Position numbers and translations under genes: made by a program. A stretch of DNA of 63,958 bases, filler included, from Intoshia linei (Eukaryota; Animalia; Orthonectida): NCBI GenBank assembly GCA_001642005.1. It is 4 parts of 4 records of this genome, joined end to end, with 100 filler letters (N's around TTAATTAATTAA, not from the genome) between each part and the next. Parts side by side here need not be neighbours in the genome. Positions count along the whole stretch, not along the records: positions 1 to 27,566 come from LWCA01000434.1; 3 more parts are not named here. One strand, 5' to 3'. Under the pieces are notes generated by a model. That model made no database searches. It was given only the letters and a program-made list of their open reading frames with translations, and was not told the origin of the DNA. This document shows, in pieces, positions 13,154 to 27,566 of the stretch; within the stretch, counting starts at the first letter, position 1; every line of letters starts with the position of its first letter.

Positions 13154-16100
13154 ATGAGTATAAAAGCACCACAAAACCAAAAAAGATTGACAAACATTGC
13201 AATAGTAAGATATTCGTCTGATAAATATGGTAAATTTGAAATTGCTTGTTACCCAAATAAAATAATGGCTTGGCGAAACGGAACGTAATTTTTACAGATT
13301 ACTGAAATTAAAATAGTGTGACCAGAAAAAAGTATTACTATCAATTTTTGTTTATTATGACACAATTATAAGTCAAAACAAAAATTCACAAACAAAAAAT
13401 GATAGTACGACTTTTTCTGCTCAGACTAATTAAAATTTAGTGAAAAGCGATTAGATCAAGTTCTTCAATGTGAAAAAATATTTAAAAATGTTAATAAAGG
13501 CGAATTTGCTAAAAATAATGAATTAAAACAAGTATTTAATACATGTGATCAACAAAAAGTTTGCATTCAAGTTTTAAAAAAATGTATCAAACTTTTATAT
13601 CTATTTAGATTTTAGAAAAAGGTGAAATGCAAATTTCGGAAAAGGAACGAAAAGTTTTACAAGACAAAATGCACAACGAAATTGTGCATAATCTCGCATA
13701 CATGTCAATTGATCCTATTACCAGAGTTCCCCATACTTTTGGAAGCGTTTTACTTATTCTGGCATTTTAAAATTGTATTAGATTGAAACTGCACTTAAAT
13801 TACACAAATGTCGAATAGATGTCAACAAGTCATCTAAACAACAGGTTTTTATTATATTATTTAAGATTGGTTACTTCAATTTTGTGTTTCAAATATAAAA
13901 AAATATTTATAGTGTAGAACAGGGATTCTCTAACTAGACCTGGGAGATTTTTAATAATTTTGGCCAGTTTATTTTAAGAATAAACTTAATTTCAAAATGA
14001 ATATTATACATATAAAAATTTATAACTTTTGATAAAGTTTATGATAAACATGTCAGTCAGAAAATGTGTATTTTAAAAAAAATGTCTATCTGGTGATTAA
14101 TTTTAGGAATGATCAGCAATGTTACGTAACGTAACGAAGTTGCGGTGATCAATTGAGTAATTAATCAAATATAGATGAATTTAAGTTTATTTTAGTGAGT
14201 TTTACGTATTAAAATTTAATTTAAATTGTTTATAAGACATCGGCCTGGAACTGAGGCTTTCGAAATTAAATAACAATTTTAAATATATATTTTTATTTGA
14301 TATATATTTAAACAAACAAAAATATGACAAACTTTAATCCACTGTCTTCATTAAAGTGTTAACATTTTGATTGAATTTTAGAAATTAAAAAAATCCAGAG
14401 AGATCCATTAGAATTTAGAATCCATTAGAAATTAGTTAAAACTAACCTCTATGCTTTTAGTTTTTTATATTATTGCAAAAACATCGGACTACTCCGCGAT
14501 TTAAAATTACCAGTTTTAATTTGAACTTAACTTTTTTTTAAGTATTAATTATTAAATTTTTAAGACGATTAACACTGTCATTTAAATAATCATCATCAAT
14601 ATACTTGATGACGCCCTTTCCCGGAGATATTGGACTCTGTGTATTCCACGTTCGGCCACTTCGTTTGTTAGAGAAACACTCAATGGAGGCATTGAGGGAT
14701 AATTATGTTTTTTAAGAAAATTGTTTATCTGTGATTATTATGGTTATAATATAATTTTTTTAGGATTAAAATTTAATTAATAAAACATTAATAATATAAT
14801 ATAATAGTATTACAATACTATTAGTTACTAATAATTAGTATGATAATTAATGAGAAGTATGAAATTGTTTCACATTTTTTTGGATGACTTATACCTAGGA
14901 GTATAATCTGATAATACACATTTAAGATCATCCTCAACTTCCAATTTATTTCTGTTATTGGTTTTTATGATGCATAAAGCAGAAAATCCTATTTCACATA
15001 AGTATGTACTTGAAAAAGGGATTAAAACTTTTAACTGATATATACTGTTTCCAGCTCTTTCAATATTGTTTCCAGCAAGACTAGAATTCATATTAGGAAA
15101 CATTGTAATGTTCATATTAATGCGATATTTATATAATCGCAATTTAGCCCAAAAATAATTGAGTAAATCTTTCCTAGATTTTTGGATTTAAACTATTACA
15201 CATTTCTAAAAAATCAACCAAGTATTCTAATCGTATATAAAAATGATCATAATTAAACGTTGATGCCAATGAACTACCTATTTTATCGAGAAATATTTTC
15301 ATTTCTTCTTTAAGAAGAAAAATAGGAGTTAAATCTTTTGGTGGGCACCAGTTAACAATTTCAACCAGTTTTAAATTTTTTACAAAACATAAAAGAATTT
15401 TTAATTTCATTATTAGAAAAATATCTACAATATGCCAATAGCCATGAATTTGAAGATACATCTGTTGTCTCATCTAATTGTAGAGAAAATTTTTTAAAAT
15501 TCAAATTGGATATTGTCTGATTATTAATATCATGAGAAATGTCACTAATTCTTCTTTTTACAGTGTTATTTGATAATGCAATATTTTCAATTTTTTGAGC
15601 TGACGATTCTCTAAAAAGTATTTTCACAATTTTTTTTAGTACATGGAAGAATTAAATTTTCGCTAATGGTATGTGATTTTTTCTTTAGCAATCCTGCATG
15701 ATACGTTGTACATTGATACTGCATAGAGATATACCAAGCAAATCTGCATCTTCACGAGTGAAACATTTTTTTATCATATGACCGCATTGAAGATTTTTTT
15801 ATGGTTAGACGAATCAAAATAAGGCATATCATCACCTGTAGAATAAATTGAGTCTTTGTTAGAATGTATGAGTGTAATGTATTTATCATTTTCTTTTTCG
15901 ATTTGTTTTCGTTTTCTTTTTTGCGATTTTAATTTTAAATTTAATCACATCGACATCAAATGGATTTTGAATCCATTGAGGAATGTCAAGATTTAATAGG
16001 TCTTTGAATCTTTCCTTGAAATTTACTTCTAATTTCTAAGATGGTTAGTATATCGCAGTGTTAGAGTTATAATGTTCTATCTGCAAAAACATAGTTTTTA

Positions 16101-17812
16101 TTACATAGTCAAGTGCTGTATATGGATAATGCAATGTATGGTGAATATGGAAGGTATACTTTCCTTTAAGAAAGCTATGAATCCCCTGTATCTTCCTACC
16201 ATTTGTGCTGCACCATCAGTGGAACAACCAATCACATTTTCAAATGGTATTTTTTTTTCACGTAAATGTTTCTTGGTAAATAACATTTCTTCTACCAACT
16301 TATTTCCATTCCAGAATCTTACATAAGCCTTTAAAATATCGTTGTTATTCATAATGGTGGTTTCGTCCAAAGCTGCAAAGAAAATGTGTTTATCCTCAAT
16401 AGAAGAACCAATTTTTTTTCAATATCATCTGCCATTTCATCAATCCTTTGAGTAACAAAATTTTTCAAAGGAACATATTTTTTTCCTTTTTTTTGATATT
16501 TTTTTGCACTTTTTTACCAGGTTTACATCATGGTTTGAATCATGATTAATAAAATGATTTATTAGATAAAATAAAATTTATTTCATATATTAAATAATAA
16601 TCTTATATAATAAAATATAATTACCTTAATATAAGCGTGACAGTAGAAAATAAATAAGTATAGTGTATGAATCGAATATTAAGAAAAAATCAAAATGTAA
16701 CACGAAAAGAGCGAAATTTAAATATAAATTAGTAAAGTTCAATTTCACTTTTATTATGGAAGCTCTATGGATGATTTAAAAATCAAACAACAAAAATTTA
16801 TCTTTTTAATTATTTTTTCAAATTTTTGTCAGCAGCCCTCCTCCCCACCCTGAAAACAACAAGGCCCTGGGGTCCGCAGGCCCCACGTTGGGAATGACTG
16901 CTTTAGTGTGTATGTCGTCAAATCTAATACACCTGGACAAAAATAAAAATCTGTTATAAGACATCGCGGTTCTAATTGCATCAATACCGCATCCATCACT
17001 TTCCCATAGATCAACAAAATGTGTCCGCGATCCTCTTATAATGTAATGTAATGTCTTATATGTATATCGAAATGTATAAATTATTATTAATTAATCAAAA
17101 TATAGGCACTGAAAATAGCTAAAATGTTGGAAAGTTCAAGCCATATAAAGTTTAACAGAGCCAATATGAAAATTAAAGTGCATATACCCAGTAACATGAA
17201 AAAAATTAAATATAATATTTTTAGTCGATTTGGTCAATGATGGAAAGATAAATGCTTCTAAATTTTTTAAAAAGTTTTGTACAAAAGTCGAGCACATTAA
17301 AAAACACGATGATTACGTTGAAGCGGTAAGTTTTTATATGAAATTTTAAAATTTATGATCAACAAAATTTTTATTAAATTGTACTCCTTTTATTGAAATT
17401 TTTTCAATGTTAACGGTTAATGTTAAAAAATATCGATGGTTAGGTTATTTTTTAATGGATCACCAGTTAGCTTTAATTTTCCTCATACAAAACCTTAATG
17501 AACGTTTAAGAAACTTTGGTTTAAGCCTTGACGATACCCTAATTAGTAATTACAAATGATGTACAATGTCCTAAGTTAGGACTCATAACTTACACTTTGT
17601 TGGTCTGTGTTATTTTTATTTGATAAGACGGTAAATTACTTATTTTGAGAAACTTTTATATTAATTAATTTTAAAATATATAATTGTAGATTGTTATTGT
17701 TATTCCTGGACAAATAAATGAATTAAATGAGAACCTACACATTATATCACCAGAAGTTAAAACGGAAATATTAGAAGTGAAAAATTGTCGAGACGCTGAT
17801 ATTATTTTGTAA
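13154..17812 (+). CDS. SBDS: Ribosome maturation protein SBDS; exons 13154-13284, 13441-13570, 13609-13746, 13782-13844, 17106-17190, 17225-17325, 17690-17812
   Basis: [81 protein letters not shown]. All splice junctions GT-AG and in phase. Absent from the ORF track. Confidence 0.92.
13920..16900 (-). mobile_element. Composite of decayed hAT transposons (Charlie/Buster, ZBED5/SCAND3-like) inside SBDS intron 4
   Basis: Fragments [39 protein letters not shown], and [13 protein letters not shown] (dimerisation domain), plus an hATm-like NEVAERGI fragment near 14650. TIR-like ends cagggattctc (13920) and gttgggaatgactg (16900). Stops and frameshifts throughout. Confidence 0.85.
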
Positions 17813-18099
17813 TGTAATTTAAATAAAATTTTACTTTTATTTTATTTTTCTCTACAGATGACGACTTAGTAAACTTTTATTTTTTTCGTTGTAGTTTTGT
17901 ACTAATTTATAATTATAATATAATATAATTATAGTATCACGGACGAGTAATTTCGCATTAAATTTTTCGTGGTTTATTTTATTAATTTCTAAGAAATTTT
18001 ACAAAATATCACTTTATTTACCGTTTATTTTTTACCTTCTTAGTTTAATATCAAATTTGGACAAGTCTGGTTTTGTGGGTTGTAACGTTTAACAACTGT

Positions 18100-18417
18100 C
18101 AGTGATTTCCGATTGGGGTAAAAAACTATATGCTTGGTGTCCGTAAGATTCAAATTAAATATAAAAAAATGTTTACTTTTTAATATTGTTTTGAAAAACA
18201 CCATTTCACCAAATCTTAGAATAACCGCTTATTCTAACTTAAAAATAAAAAATCCCATTTTTCTAATATTTTTGTTGAAAAACATGATTTTTTAAATCGC
18301 AAGAAAAAAAACCTTTAACTTTTTCATAAATATTTTATGTTTCAAGTATCCTTTAGGGTCCAAAAAATAAATATTTTGAAATGGGGGTCCGTACACTATT
18401 TAAATCGGGAACCACTG
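18100..18417. mobile_element. Small hAT-type MITE
   Basis: Imperfect 14-bp TIR cagtgatttccgat / atcgggaaccactg (12/14); no clear TSD. Confidence 0.5.
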
Positions 18418-19324
18418 GTCTAACTCGAAGATCAAGAAATAGTTTGATGTCTAAATATTATTTCTTATTATTTGTATTACATTCAATATTATATAATTAA
18501 TCTTTTATTGTTTTGAACAGAGCTATTTTATTTACAGAATAAGTCGATTTAATATGGTTTTAACAATCAGGGCTGTGAAGAGCCGGTAGTCGAAAATTGT
18601 AGGGACCTCTACACATTGCTTTTGAATACTATTTACACGGCATTAATCAATTGGAATGGTAATACAACATTTGATATACGATAATTTTAGTATACATAGG
18701 AAGTTTTCCATCATTGCCAGGTAATAGGTCTTATTAACAAATTAAAAAAGTAGATCTTAATGATTATAGGCCAGGGATATATGGGTAATAACATAGGAGT
18801 TCATAGGTAACCTTTTTACAAGAGGGATTTTTAAAAAATATTATCTAAGTCGGAGAAAAAGTAACTTATGGTCAGATAAAATGTCTAGAATATAAAATAC
18901 GCACAATGACCTAATCGTAGTCAAAAAACTCTACTTGTTCTTCAGAAGAATGTTTTTATTTTAATAAATGTCGAAAGATTACTGATTAACTGATTTAGAA
19001 TATAATCAATCGAAATGTATACATCGTGCATAATACATATTTCCCGTTATGTATTAATTGAAACCGATGGATTTGTCGTGAATTAATACATCAATCAATG
19101 CGTAAACTTGACTAAACTTTTATCATAAATGTTGTCCAATAATACATAAACTTTCTGACACGTTAGAACATATAGCACATTTTATTGTAAGGATTATGAA
19201 TGATTCAAAAATATGAAAGCTAATCATACACATGTAATTTATTTATGCGACATATCACAAACAAGTTATTTTAAATTTCATTAATACAAATTTAAAACAG
19301 AATCAACATTAAATATACGATCTG

Positions 19325-20156
19325 ATGAATTACAAACATTTTTGCAACTTTTATGAAGAATTAAAAGAGTGTGAGGAAAATGATATAGATATAGAAAACC
19401 CATTCGATCTTTGCAGTTATAAAAACCAACAGTACAAGATTGAATATTATAAATCGTAAATCCATCATTATTTATACCATTTTATTTATATTTTAGGGAT
19501 GTTATTTTGAAAAAGATTAGTTTTGCATATCAAAACTTATACAAATGCAATCTCAATAATGAAGATGGTTTAAAAAAAACACTTGTATTAGATTTGGACT
19601 GTACATTGATCTTTGCAAGTAAAACGTTTAACGAGAATTTTGACTTCACCATAACTGCGCACGGTAGATTATATTATGTCGAAATGAGACCACACTTGGT
19701 GGAATTTCTTGAAACAATGAACCGTATGTATGAATTGGTACTCTTTACAGCTTCAGCGAAATCTTATGCGGATGTCATTATAAAAAAATTTGATCCAGAT
19801 AATAAATTTTTTAAAAAAAGATTTTATAGAGATTCTTGTCATTTTCTCATGGGCATCCATGTAAAGGATTTGAATATTGTACGAAGAAATCTCAACAATG
19901 TAATCATAATTGATGATGTATTGCAGGCAGTATCTCTTCAGGTAATAACTAGTTTAAATATACATTATTTATCATTAATAATTATCATTTTTTAAATTAG
20001 AAAAGAAATTGTATTTTGATTGATAAATGGACTGGCGAATCAAAATTGGACAATTCTTTGGTCATCTTGGCAGCTTTTCTAAAAAAAATTTACAATGAAA
20101 ACGTTGATGTACGAAAAATCATATTTGATACCTTCCATAGAATATACGTCGATTAA
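19325..20156 (+). CDS. FCP1/SCP-homology (NIF) HAD phosphatase, CTDSPL-like, copy 1; exons 19325-19455, 19497-19941, 20001-20156
   Basis: KKTLVLDLDCTL (DxDxT), RPHLVEFLE, YELVLFTAS, RFYRDSC, KDL, IIIDD, NCILIDKWTGE..D. Open reading frame after splicing. Confidence 0.88.
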
Positions 20157-20849
20157 ACTAATCATTATTTCTAATTTAATTACATAATACATACATTTGT
20201 TGCACGTGGTTTTTTTGTATTTAAGAGTTAGTTTAAAATTTGGACAATTGTGAGTATAATTAAATAATGATAATTTCATCATATATGCATTTAAATCGAA
20301 ATAAGGCATTGTACAAGTTTGTAATACCTGTTTTATTGTGCAAGTTTACGTATTTCAAATTTGAGTTATTTATGCTGCGTACTTAACGTAACTGAGACTT
20401 TACATATAGGAAACATTTACGTCGTTTATTCAATACATTAATTAATAATAAATACAATAGTTAAGCTATTTTACTACTAAATCTACTTTATACCGTATAT
20501 TTCTGATGAAAAGATGTAAATAGGTATAGGATATAAACGAAATTTTTAACTAAGCTGTATTAAAGAGTTTAAAGAACTATAAACAGAAAGTGTATTAAAC
20601 TTCAATATTTCAAAATTATTTAAATTACATTATGAAATTTTAACCACGAATACGGCATAAATTTGTGACATCAGTGACACTAAAAATTATCAATATTTAT
20701 AAAATTAAATGAGTTTTATACACTCAGTGTATTATTAATTTATACAAGTATAAAAAACGTACAAAACAATTGTATTTTTAATCCATTTTAATGATTATTA
20801 AATATCGCTATTATCTAAATCATAATTTAACTAACTTGACTGCTTAATA

Positions 20850-21410
20850 CTTTGTACAAATAGCACCTCGCTCTGCCGAGGGCACATTTTTATTATACCA
20901 AAAAAATAAATTTACGTGGAAAATCTAACTTAAAAATCCTACTATTCACTATTATTATCTTATAAAGGAGTGGTTCCCAAACTTCTCTTAAATAGAACCG
21001 TCATATCACATTACGTTTTACTTTAAAGTGAATTATTCCATCTTAATTTTGTTAACATTTGTAAACTTTCAGTGGAAATTTTTTTTTTTAATTGTAGGAT
21101 CAATATTTACATTTTATATTTTTATTTTAATTGGAAATATTTTGATTATATTGGTTGATAATATATTAAAAATTATTTTTCACCGGTAATGCGTAGATTT
21201 CTGGGGTTGAAATTTTGTATTTATATCAACTGGAATGAGCTTTATCAGAATAATCTTTTTTTAAATTTTCGGACCGTTAATTATTTCATATTTTTTGTTT
21301 TAATAAAAAAAATACTCGTGATTTCTAAAAGACCCTGAAGATATAATGTAAAATGTATAATAATGTTTATGATTTTAAAATTCGTATCAGAGTGTATATT
21401 TTTATCAGAG
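20850..21410. repeat. Family-B arm (20850-21020) plus family-A fragment (~21060-21410) in the spacer of the phosphatase pair
   Basis: gctctgccgagggcacatttttattatacc (also at ~9050, 50730, and reversed at 50575 and 56930) followed by family-A blocks such as gtaggatcaatatttac and tagatttctggggttgaaattttg. Confidence 0.8.
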
Positions 21411-21472
21411 TTATGACAAAGAAAAAACAATGCATAATTATTAATTTTATTTAATTGTAAACAGAACAATGA

Positions 21473-22288
21473 TTAATCTGCATGTATTCGATGGAAGGTA
21501 TCAAAGATAATTTTACGCACATCAACAGTTGTATCGCAAATTTTTTTAAGAAAGGCTGCCAAGATGATCAAAGAATTGTCTAATTTTGATTCACCTGTCC
21601 ATTTATTAATCATGATACAATTATTTTTCTAATTTATAAAATTATAAATTATCTCTAAACTAATCATTACCTGAAAAGATATTGCCTGCAATAGATCATC
21701 GATAATCATAATATTTTCGAGGTTTCTTCCTACCCTATTCAAATCTTTTACTAGTACGCCCGTAAACCTTTGACACGAATTTCTATAAAACCTTTTCTTA
21801 AATAACACATTGTTTGGATCAAATTTTTTTATAATGGAATCCGCATAAAATTTGGAAGAAGCAGTAAAAAGTACCAATTCATACATTCGGTTCATTGTTT
21901 CAAGAAATTCCACTAGATGTGGTCTCATAATGATATAATATAATCTACCGTAAATTGATACGGTAAAATCAAAATGTTCTTTAAATGATCTACTGGAGAA
22001 GATCAATGTACCGTCCAAATCTAAAACTAGTGTTTTTTTTGAACCATCATCATTCTTGATATTGCTTTCAAATTGATTTTGGTATTCTAAACTAATTGTT
22101 TTTAATATAACATCTCTAAAATAAGATTAACTATATTAATAATGATAAATATACGATTTATAATATTCAGCCTTGTACTGATTGTTCTTAAGATTGCTAA
22201 GTTCGAATGGGTTTTCAACATCTATGTCTTTTTCCTCACGCTCTTCCAATTCTTCATAAAACTGCCAAAACTTTTTGTAATTTGTCAT
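21473..22288 (-). CDS. FCP1/SCP-homology HAD phosphatase, copy 2 (inverted paralog, same 3-exon structure)
   Basis: KKTLVLDLDGTL, RPHLVEFLETMNRMYELVLFTAS, IIDD, NCIMINKWTGESKLDNSL; intron positions equal to copy 1. Confidence 0.88.
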
Positions 22289-23593
22289 TATCTTAAAATT
22301 AATGTTGAATGTATTTCAAATTTGTATTAATAAAATTTAAAATGTTTGTGATATGTCGCATAACTAAATTATATGTGTATGATTAGCTCATATAATTTTG
22401 TATTTTTCATAATGATAACAATGAAATGTGCTATATGTACTAGCGTATCAAATAACATATGTATTATTGGATAAAATTTATTGGAAATGCTTGTCATGTT
22501 CTTGATTGAAGTATTAATTAACGACAACTATATCGGTTTCAATTAATATATAACGGGAAATATGTATTATGTACGAGTCGTATATTGTAAGTATTTCGAT
22601 TAATGTCAATTTATATCGTAAATCAGTTTTTCAGTAATCTTTTAACTATCTTTATTAATAAAAACATTCTTCTGATCAACGGATAGGGTTTGTTGATTAC
22701 GATTAGGTCATTATGCCTATTTTATGCTCTAGATATATTATCTGAATGTATGTTATTTTGCTCTCCACGATTCTAATTTATTTAGACGTGAAACGCAATA
22801 TTTATATATATACATAATGCAATATATCAATTTACTTCAAATAAAAAAATTTAAATCACATTTTATTCAAGGGAAATTTAAATATATAAATAAAAAAATT
22901 TTTATTTTTGACTTTGCCCCAGTTTCTCAAATTGGATTAAATTTTCGAAATTTCAAAACTTGGATCTATTTGAGTCGATTCAAATTTTTCATAAAATACA
23001 AAATTTACATTATTTATGTGTGTAATTAAAATATAATAAATGTTGTCATCTTTTTAAAATGACTAAATTTAAATTTTGTGGTTGATTTATTGTACAATGA
23101 AATATACCATTTTACGTTCAATTAAAAAAGTTTAAATCAGATTTTATTCAATGGAAATTTAAAATATTTTTGACTTTGATCACTTTCTCAAAATGAATTC
23201 AAACTATCTTAATTTTAAAGTAAATTATTTGCGGTCATAGTATCAATGAGTAAAGTAGTTTTGCGACTGAATTTGTAAAAAGGTGGTGCACCCCTGCTTT
23301 AAATATATACAATTGAATGTCTGTGTTACCATATATTTAAAAAATTGAGTCGTAGAATTAAATAAACCCAATTTCTAATTCAGTTTATCGCAGAAATGAT
23401 GATATATATTTTTTAGTTTCAGAATTTGAGTCCTTCAGGGTAAAAATAAAATCAGTCCAAAATAATATAAAACTTAAAAAAAACTTTTTATTGAAAAAAA
23501 TATTCTAATTCATATACGCAAATTGATTCTTGATTGATTCTGAAATTCCAATCATGGAATTGAAGAATTGCTTTCTTCTTCTTTAGAATTCAA

Positions 23594-26297
23594 TTAACCG
23601 TGGAAATGTTCAAACCATGCTTTACCGAGTTCAGCTAAAATTAAGATGAAAGTATTAAAATAAAAAAATACAATTAGTGTCATCATTTTGCATTTGTCTT
23701 TCTTGCGCACGTAAAACATAATCTCTCTTAAATTGCTGCTCCTTCAAAGCCAATTTCTGTCTTTTCTGTGAGTTTATTGTAATTTCATCATCTTGAGGAA
23801 TTAAAATATCGTGTTTCTGTAAAAAATTAAATATTATATTTATATTTAATTAGCATAACAATAATCCTTAATTATGTAGCGAAAAAATTTAAACATTGCG
23901 TTTTTTGAAAAAAATTATAAAAATATCTATATATAAAGCGAAATTGTTTACCCACTACCAAATCGGTCAATAAAGGATAATATAAAATTACCTGTTGTTT
24001 CCCAGACTCTTTTGTTAATAATATGAAATTTGATGTTTTCTTTTGAGCTAAAATTTTAATAATGTTAACGGTTTATGGTATCACAAATTAAACAAGTGAC
24101 TCAATAGGGAGCCATCGATCTATCAATTTCATATATTTAAATAATATTTTATATATAATAATATTTATAATATATTAAACATAATTTTCAATAAAAATAA
24201 TTCATTTGACTCAAAATTAAATATAATAAAATACCGGAATTTTCATCATTGCCAATTAAATGCGAATTAATTGGTACAAACGTCTCAGACCGTTTTGATT
24301 TGTTCTAAATATCCATGTATTGTTAAAGTTTAAGACTTAAACATTCCATTGACATTAAGAATAATAATGAAAGTGTTATAAAAAATGTTTTGTTTCTTTT
24401 AGTCATAAAGTCAACAAAGACATAAAAATTAAGTCTTACTTTCATTTAATTTATCATAAGTATATATGAATTAAAATTACAACTTCAATCGAATCTCTAA
24501 CAATTTTATCATATTCATCTTGAAATTGGCGATCCTGAATTTCCCGTTCAGCCAATTCATCATCATACTGCTCATTTTCATTGTAAGAAGAATTGATAGA
24601 TTTATCAGAATCATCGGATTTAACACTATCAGAATCAGAAGAACTATCAGTCTAAATAAAAAATTATACACTTTAATTATTAAAAGTTAAAAACCTTTCC
24701 ATAATAAACAAAGCTACTATCTAAAAGAATGAATATAATATATAATTAAAAACAAATGAATACCTTGATCAGAATTATAATCGACCATGACATTATTTGA
24801 ATTTAATCTATCGTTAACTTGATTTAAATTTATAGCCATTCTTCGATTCGAGTAAACACCCTTAATGGTATCAATCAAAATATATTTCACAGTAATTGGC
24901 ATTAAATCTTGATACATACTTTTTGATTTCCAGTAGTACCTCTATTTAAAACTTTTAAAATATAAAAAGAAATATAACCTCGAAATAAACGATGAAAATA
25001 TTAAACAATTTTCCAAAGGCTGTATTTTTAAAAACATTCCCAACATTCTCAATAATGTGACAAATAAATTTGATGTGAAAAATAATAGTTTCCAATGTAC
25101 CATTGTCTGTAATGACATGTTTAGTATTTCCTTCAGTATCCAATATACTCATTTCATTAAGTTGAGCTTCTGTAAAGTAAAATAAACATTTTTAATAGTC
25201 AATTTATAACCTGGAAAACTAATCATCCAAAACAATATATTCAAAACTGTAGCTTCGTTAATAAGTTTACAGTGATAAACACAGCAAAATAATGACAACA
25301 GAGCGATCGTTTTTTGATGCTTTGAATTTTTAATCTAAGATACATTAATTTAAAAATATAAATTTAAATAAAACCTCCAAAAACAATTTTATTTGCTCAA
25401 TTATATTGTCGATAACAGATACAACCCAATTCTAAAATGTAATTTTATATTGATGTATTAATCTGCTTACCGGATGATACTTAAAAAAATATTTGAGTAT
25501 GTGAGCTACATATACAATTGCATTATTGCGAAAATTCCACGGCGAACAAAATATTCCCGTGAGAAATAGTATAAGCTAATTGTACATTAAATTAGTTTAT
25601 TCATAAATACCTTTTCATCTTTCCAATCAATTTTTCGTAATGTTTTAATAATCTAGAATTAACTTTTAATATAAAAAAATAGTAAATAAGACGTTGAACG
25701 TTTTCGAGGATGAATATTTGACTCAATGGATAATAAAATTTTTCAACAAAAAAAATATTTTTACAATTACATTATACCACGTAAAATCCACAATTTCACT
25801 AATTATAAAAAATTAATATATGGGTAACAGATAATCGATCACCAATGTGAGAGATATCGCCAACTTTTAAGATGTTTATTAATTGGTATAGGCGAAAATA
25901 GTTTATAATGATAATTAAACTGTTAAAGATCAAAATCATACTCAAGAATGACATTACCATATTAACATTTTTGAAAGTAATTTCGCCAGTAATCAAATAT
26001 TTAATATACAGTTCTAGTGGAGTGTACGTTATGATGGACTGAATATCAATTTCAGGCGGATTACACTGGAAAAATGAATTTTCAATCATTGAAACTTGCT
26101 CCGGAGAGTAAACATGAACTGTTTTTTTTCTGTTTAATACATTCTAAAATACATTTATTTCAATAAAATTTAAATATAACCAATGAAACTCTCATTTTAT
26201 TATGTGTTTCTGGGTTCAAATACAAAAATCTTCCACAAGTATCCAACAAAGTACATAACATGTCAATATCAAAATGCTTGAATTCGTGTAATAACGT
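23594..26297 (-). CDS. UPF2: Regulator of nonsense transcripts 2 (UPF2), 3' half only, multi-exon; 5' exons not found
   Basis: Exons translate to TLLHEFKHFDIDMLCTLLDTCGRFLYLNPETH (MIF4G-2), MIENSFFQCNPP..PLELYIKYLI (start of MIF4G-3), an acidic D/S-rich exon (~24480-24650), then NFILLTKESGKQQ|KHDILIP..QERQ (UPF1-binding C-terminus). Last exon and stop are less certain. Confidence 0.85.
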
Positions 26298-26370
26298 CTA
26301 TAATTAAAAATAAAAATTTTAATCCAACAGTAAAAGTTTAGTAAAATATATTTTTAGTAATTGTTCAATG

Positions 26371-26606
26371 CAGGGTTCAACAACCATTTCCAAATATTTG
26401 GTCATTTTCTAAAATAAGAATTCTACAGGTTAGAATAATTTACTAATAGTCCAATAATATACTCGTAAAAAAGGGAATTTTATTATTTATAAAAAAATTT
26501 AAAATTTAAAAAAAAGTTTGTTCCTCATACATCACATGTATTTGTGACTGATTGAAATTTAGCAAATTGTGGTCCTTTGAATAGGATAAACGGTTGCCGA
26601 CTCCTG
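26371..26606. mobile_element. hAT-type MITE
   Basis: Imperfect TIR cagggttcaacaacc / ggttgccgactcctg. Confidence 0.5.
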
Positions 26607-27566
26607 ATTTAAAATATACTGTCAAGTAAAATTGTCACATATTCAATAATATTGGATTAGGCTAATTTTTTACTAACAATAATTAAATGGTCATATTAAT
26701 TGGCTTACGAAACATTTTAAAAGGAAAAATTACCCAAAAACGTTAATTTTATTATTTGTATCAAAGAATACATTTAAATTGAAAATTTATAATACACTAT
26801 CTTAATTTTAACCAAATTCGATGTGTTAAATCAATTCCGAAATTCTTGATTAAATTTCATTTTAAATATGAAAACATTTTGCAAGAAAATCGAAATTGGT
26901 CAAAATCAAATAATTCATTATCAGTTTAAATTAAAACTAGACTGTGTGTTTCTCAACCTTTTTTAAACAGGGACGTAATTAGCTATAATAAATAAAAATG
27001 GAAATAATTTGAAATTTTTTCGTGTTTATGAGTGTAAAATATCAGGGAAAATTGCCCATGTAAGACAAAAGTGAATATTTTCTGAAAAAAACCAAGGTAT
27101 AATCATGGCCGTAGAGAGCCAGCAATAGGCACGGACCAGATGAAAATGCAAGCCCATATAAAAATTATTTTTAAAATTGAGACGTCTATACATTGTTTAA
27201 TCAATCGTTGTTTGCCTAAAAATTGAAATTAACAGTTGTAAATCGCATAGGTCATCATAATTTCGACATAATGAAAAATTTATCGATTAAAATATAAGAT
27301 TAAAATAAGTAAAAGTAAATGTTTTGATATTAAATTAAATTACTTACAAGTGTAAATACTTATTGGGAAACCTCCATTGTTCTATTTTAGGAGCAGCGTT
27401 TTTATTTAATTATATTATTAAAATTTATGACCGAGCCAAGTTTCTAGTCATAAAAAAAGCTTTAAATTTCGTATTGAAATTAAGACAAAAAATCAGTCAA
27501 TATTCATGATTTTATGAAACATCAACCAAGGGATATAAAATATTAATTTTTCACAGGAAAGATAGA

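Noticed and set aside
14600-14700. GC-richer island with TGATGA and a small hairpin, as a possible intronic C/D snoRNA
   Set aside because: No suitably placed D box; the minus strand reads TNEVAERGI, matching an hATm transposase C-terminal motif.
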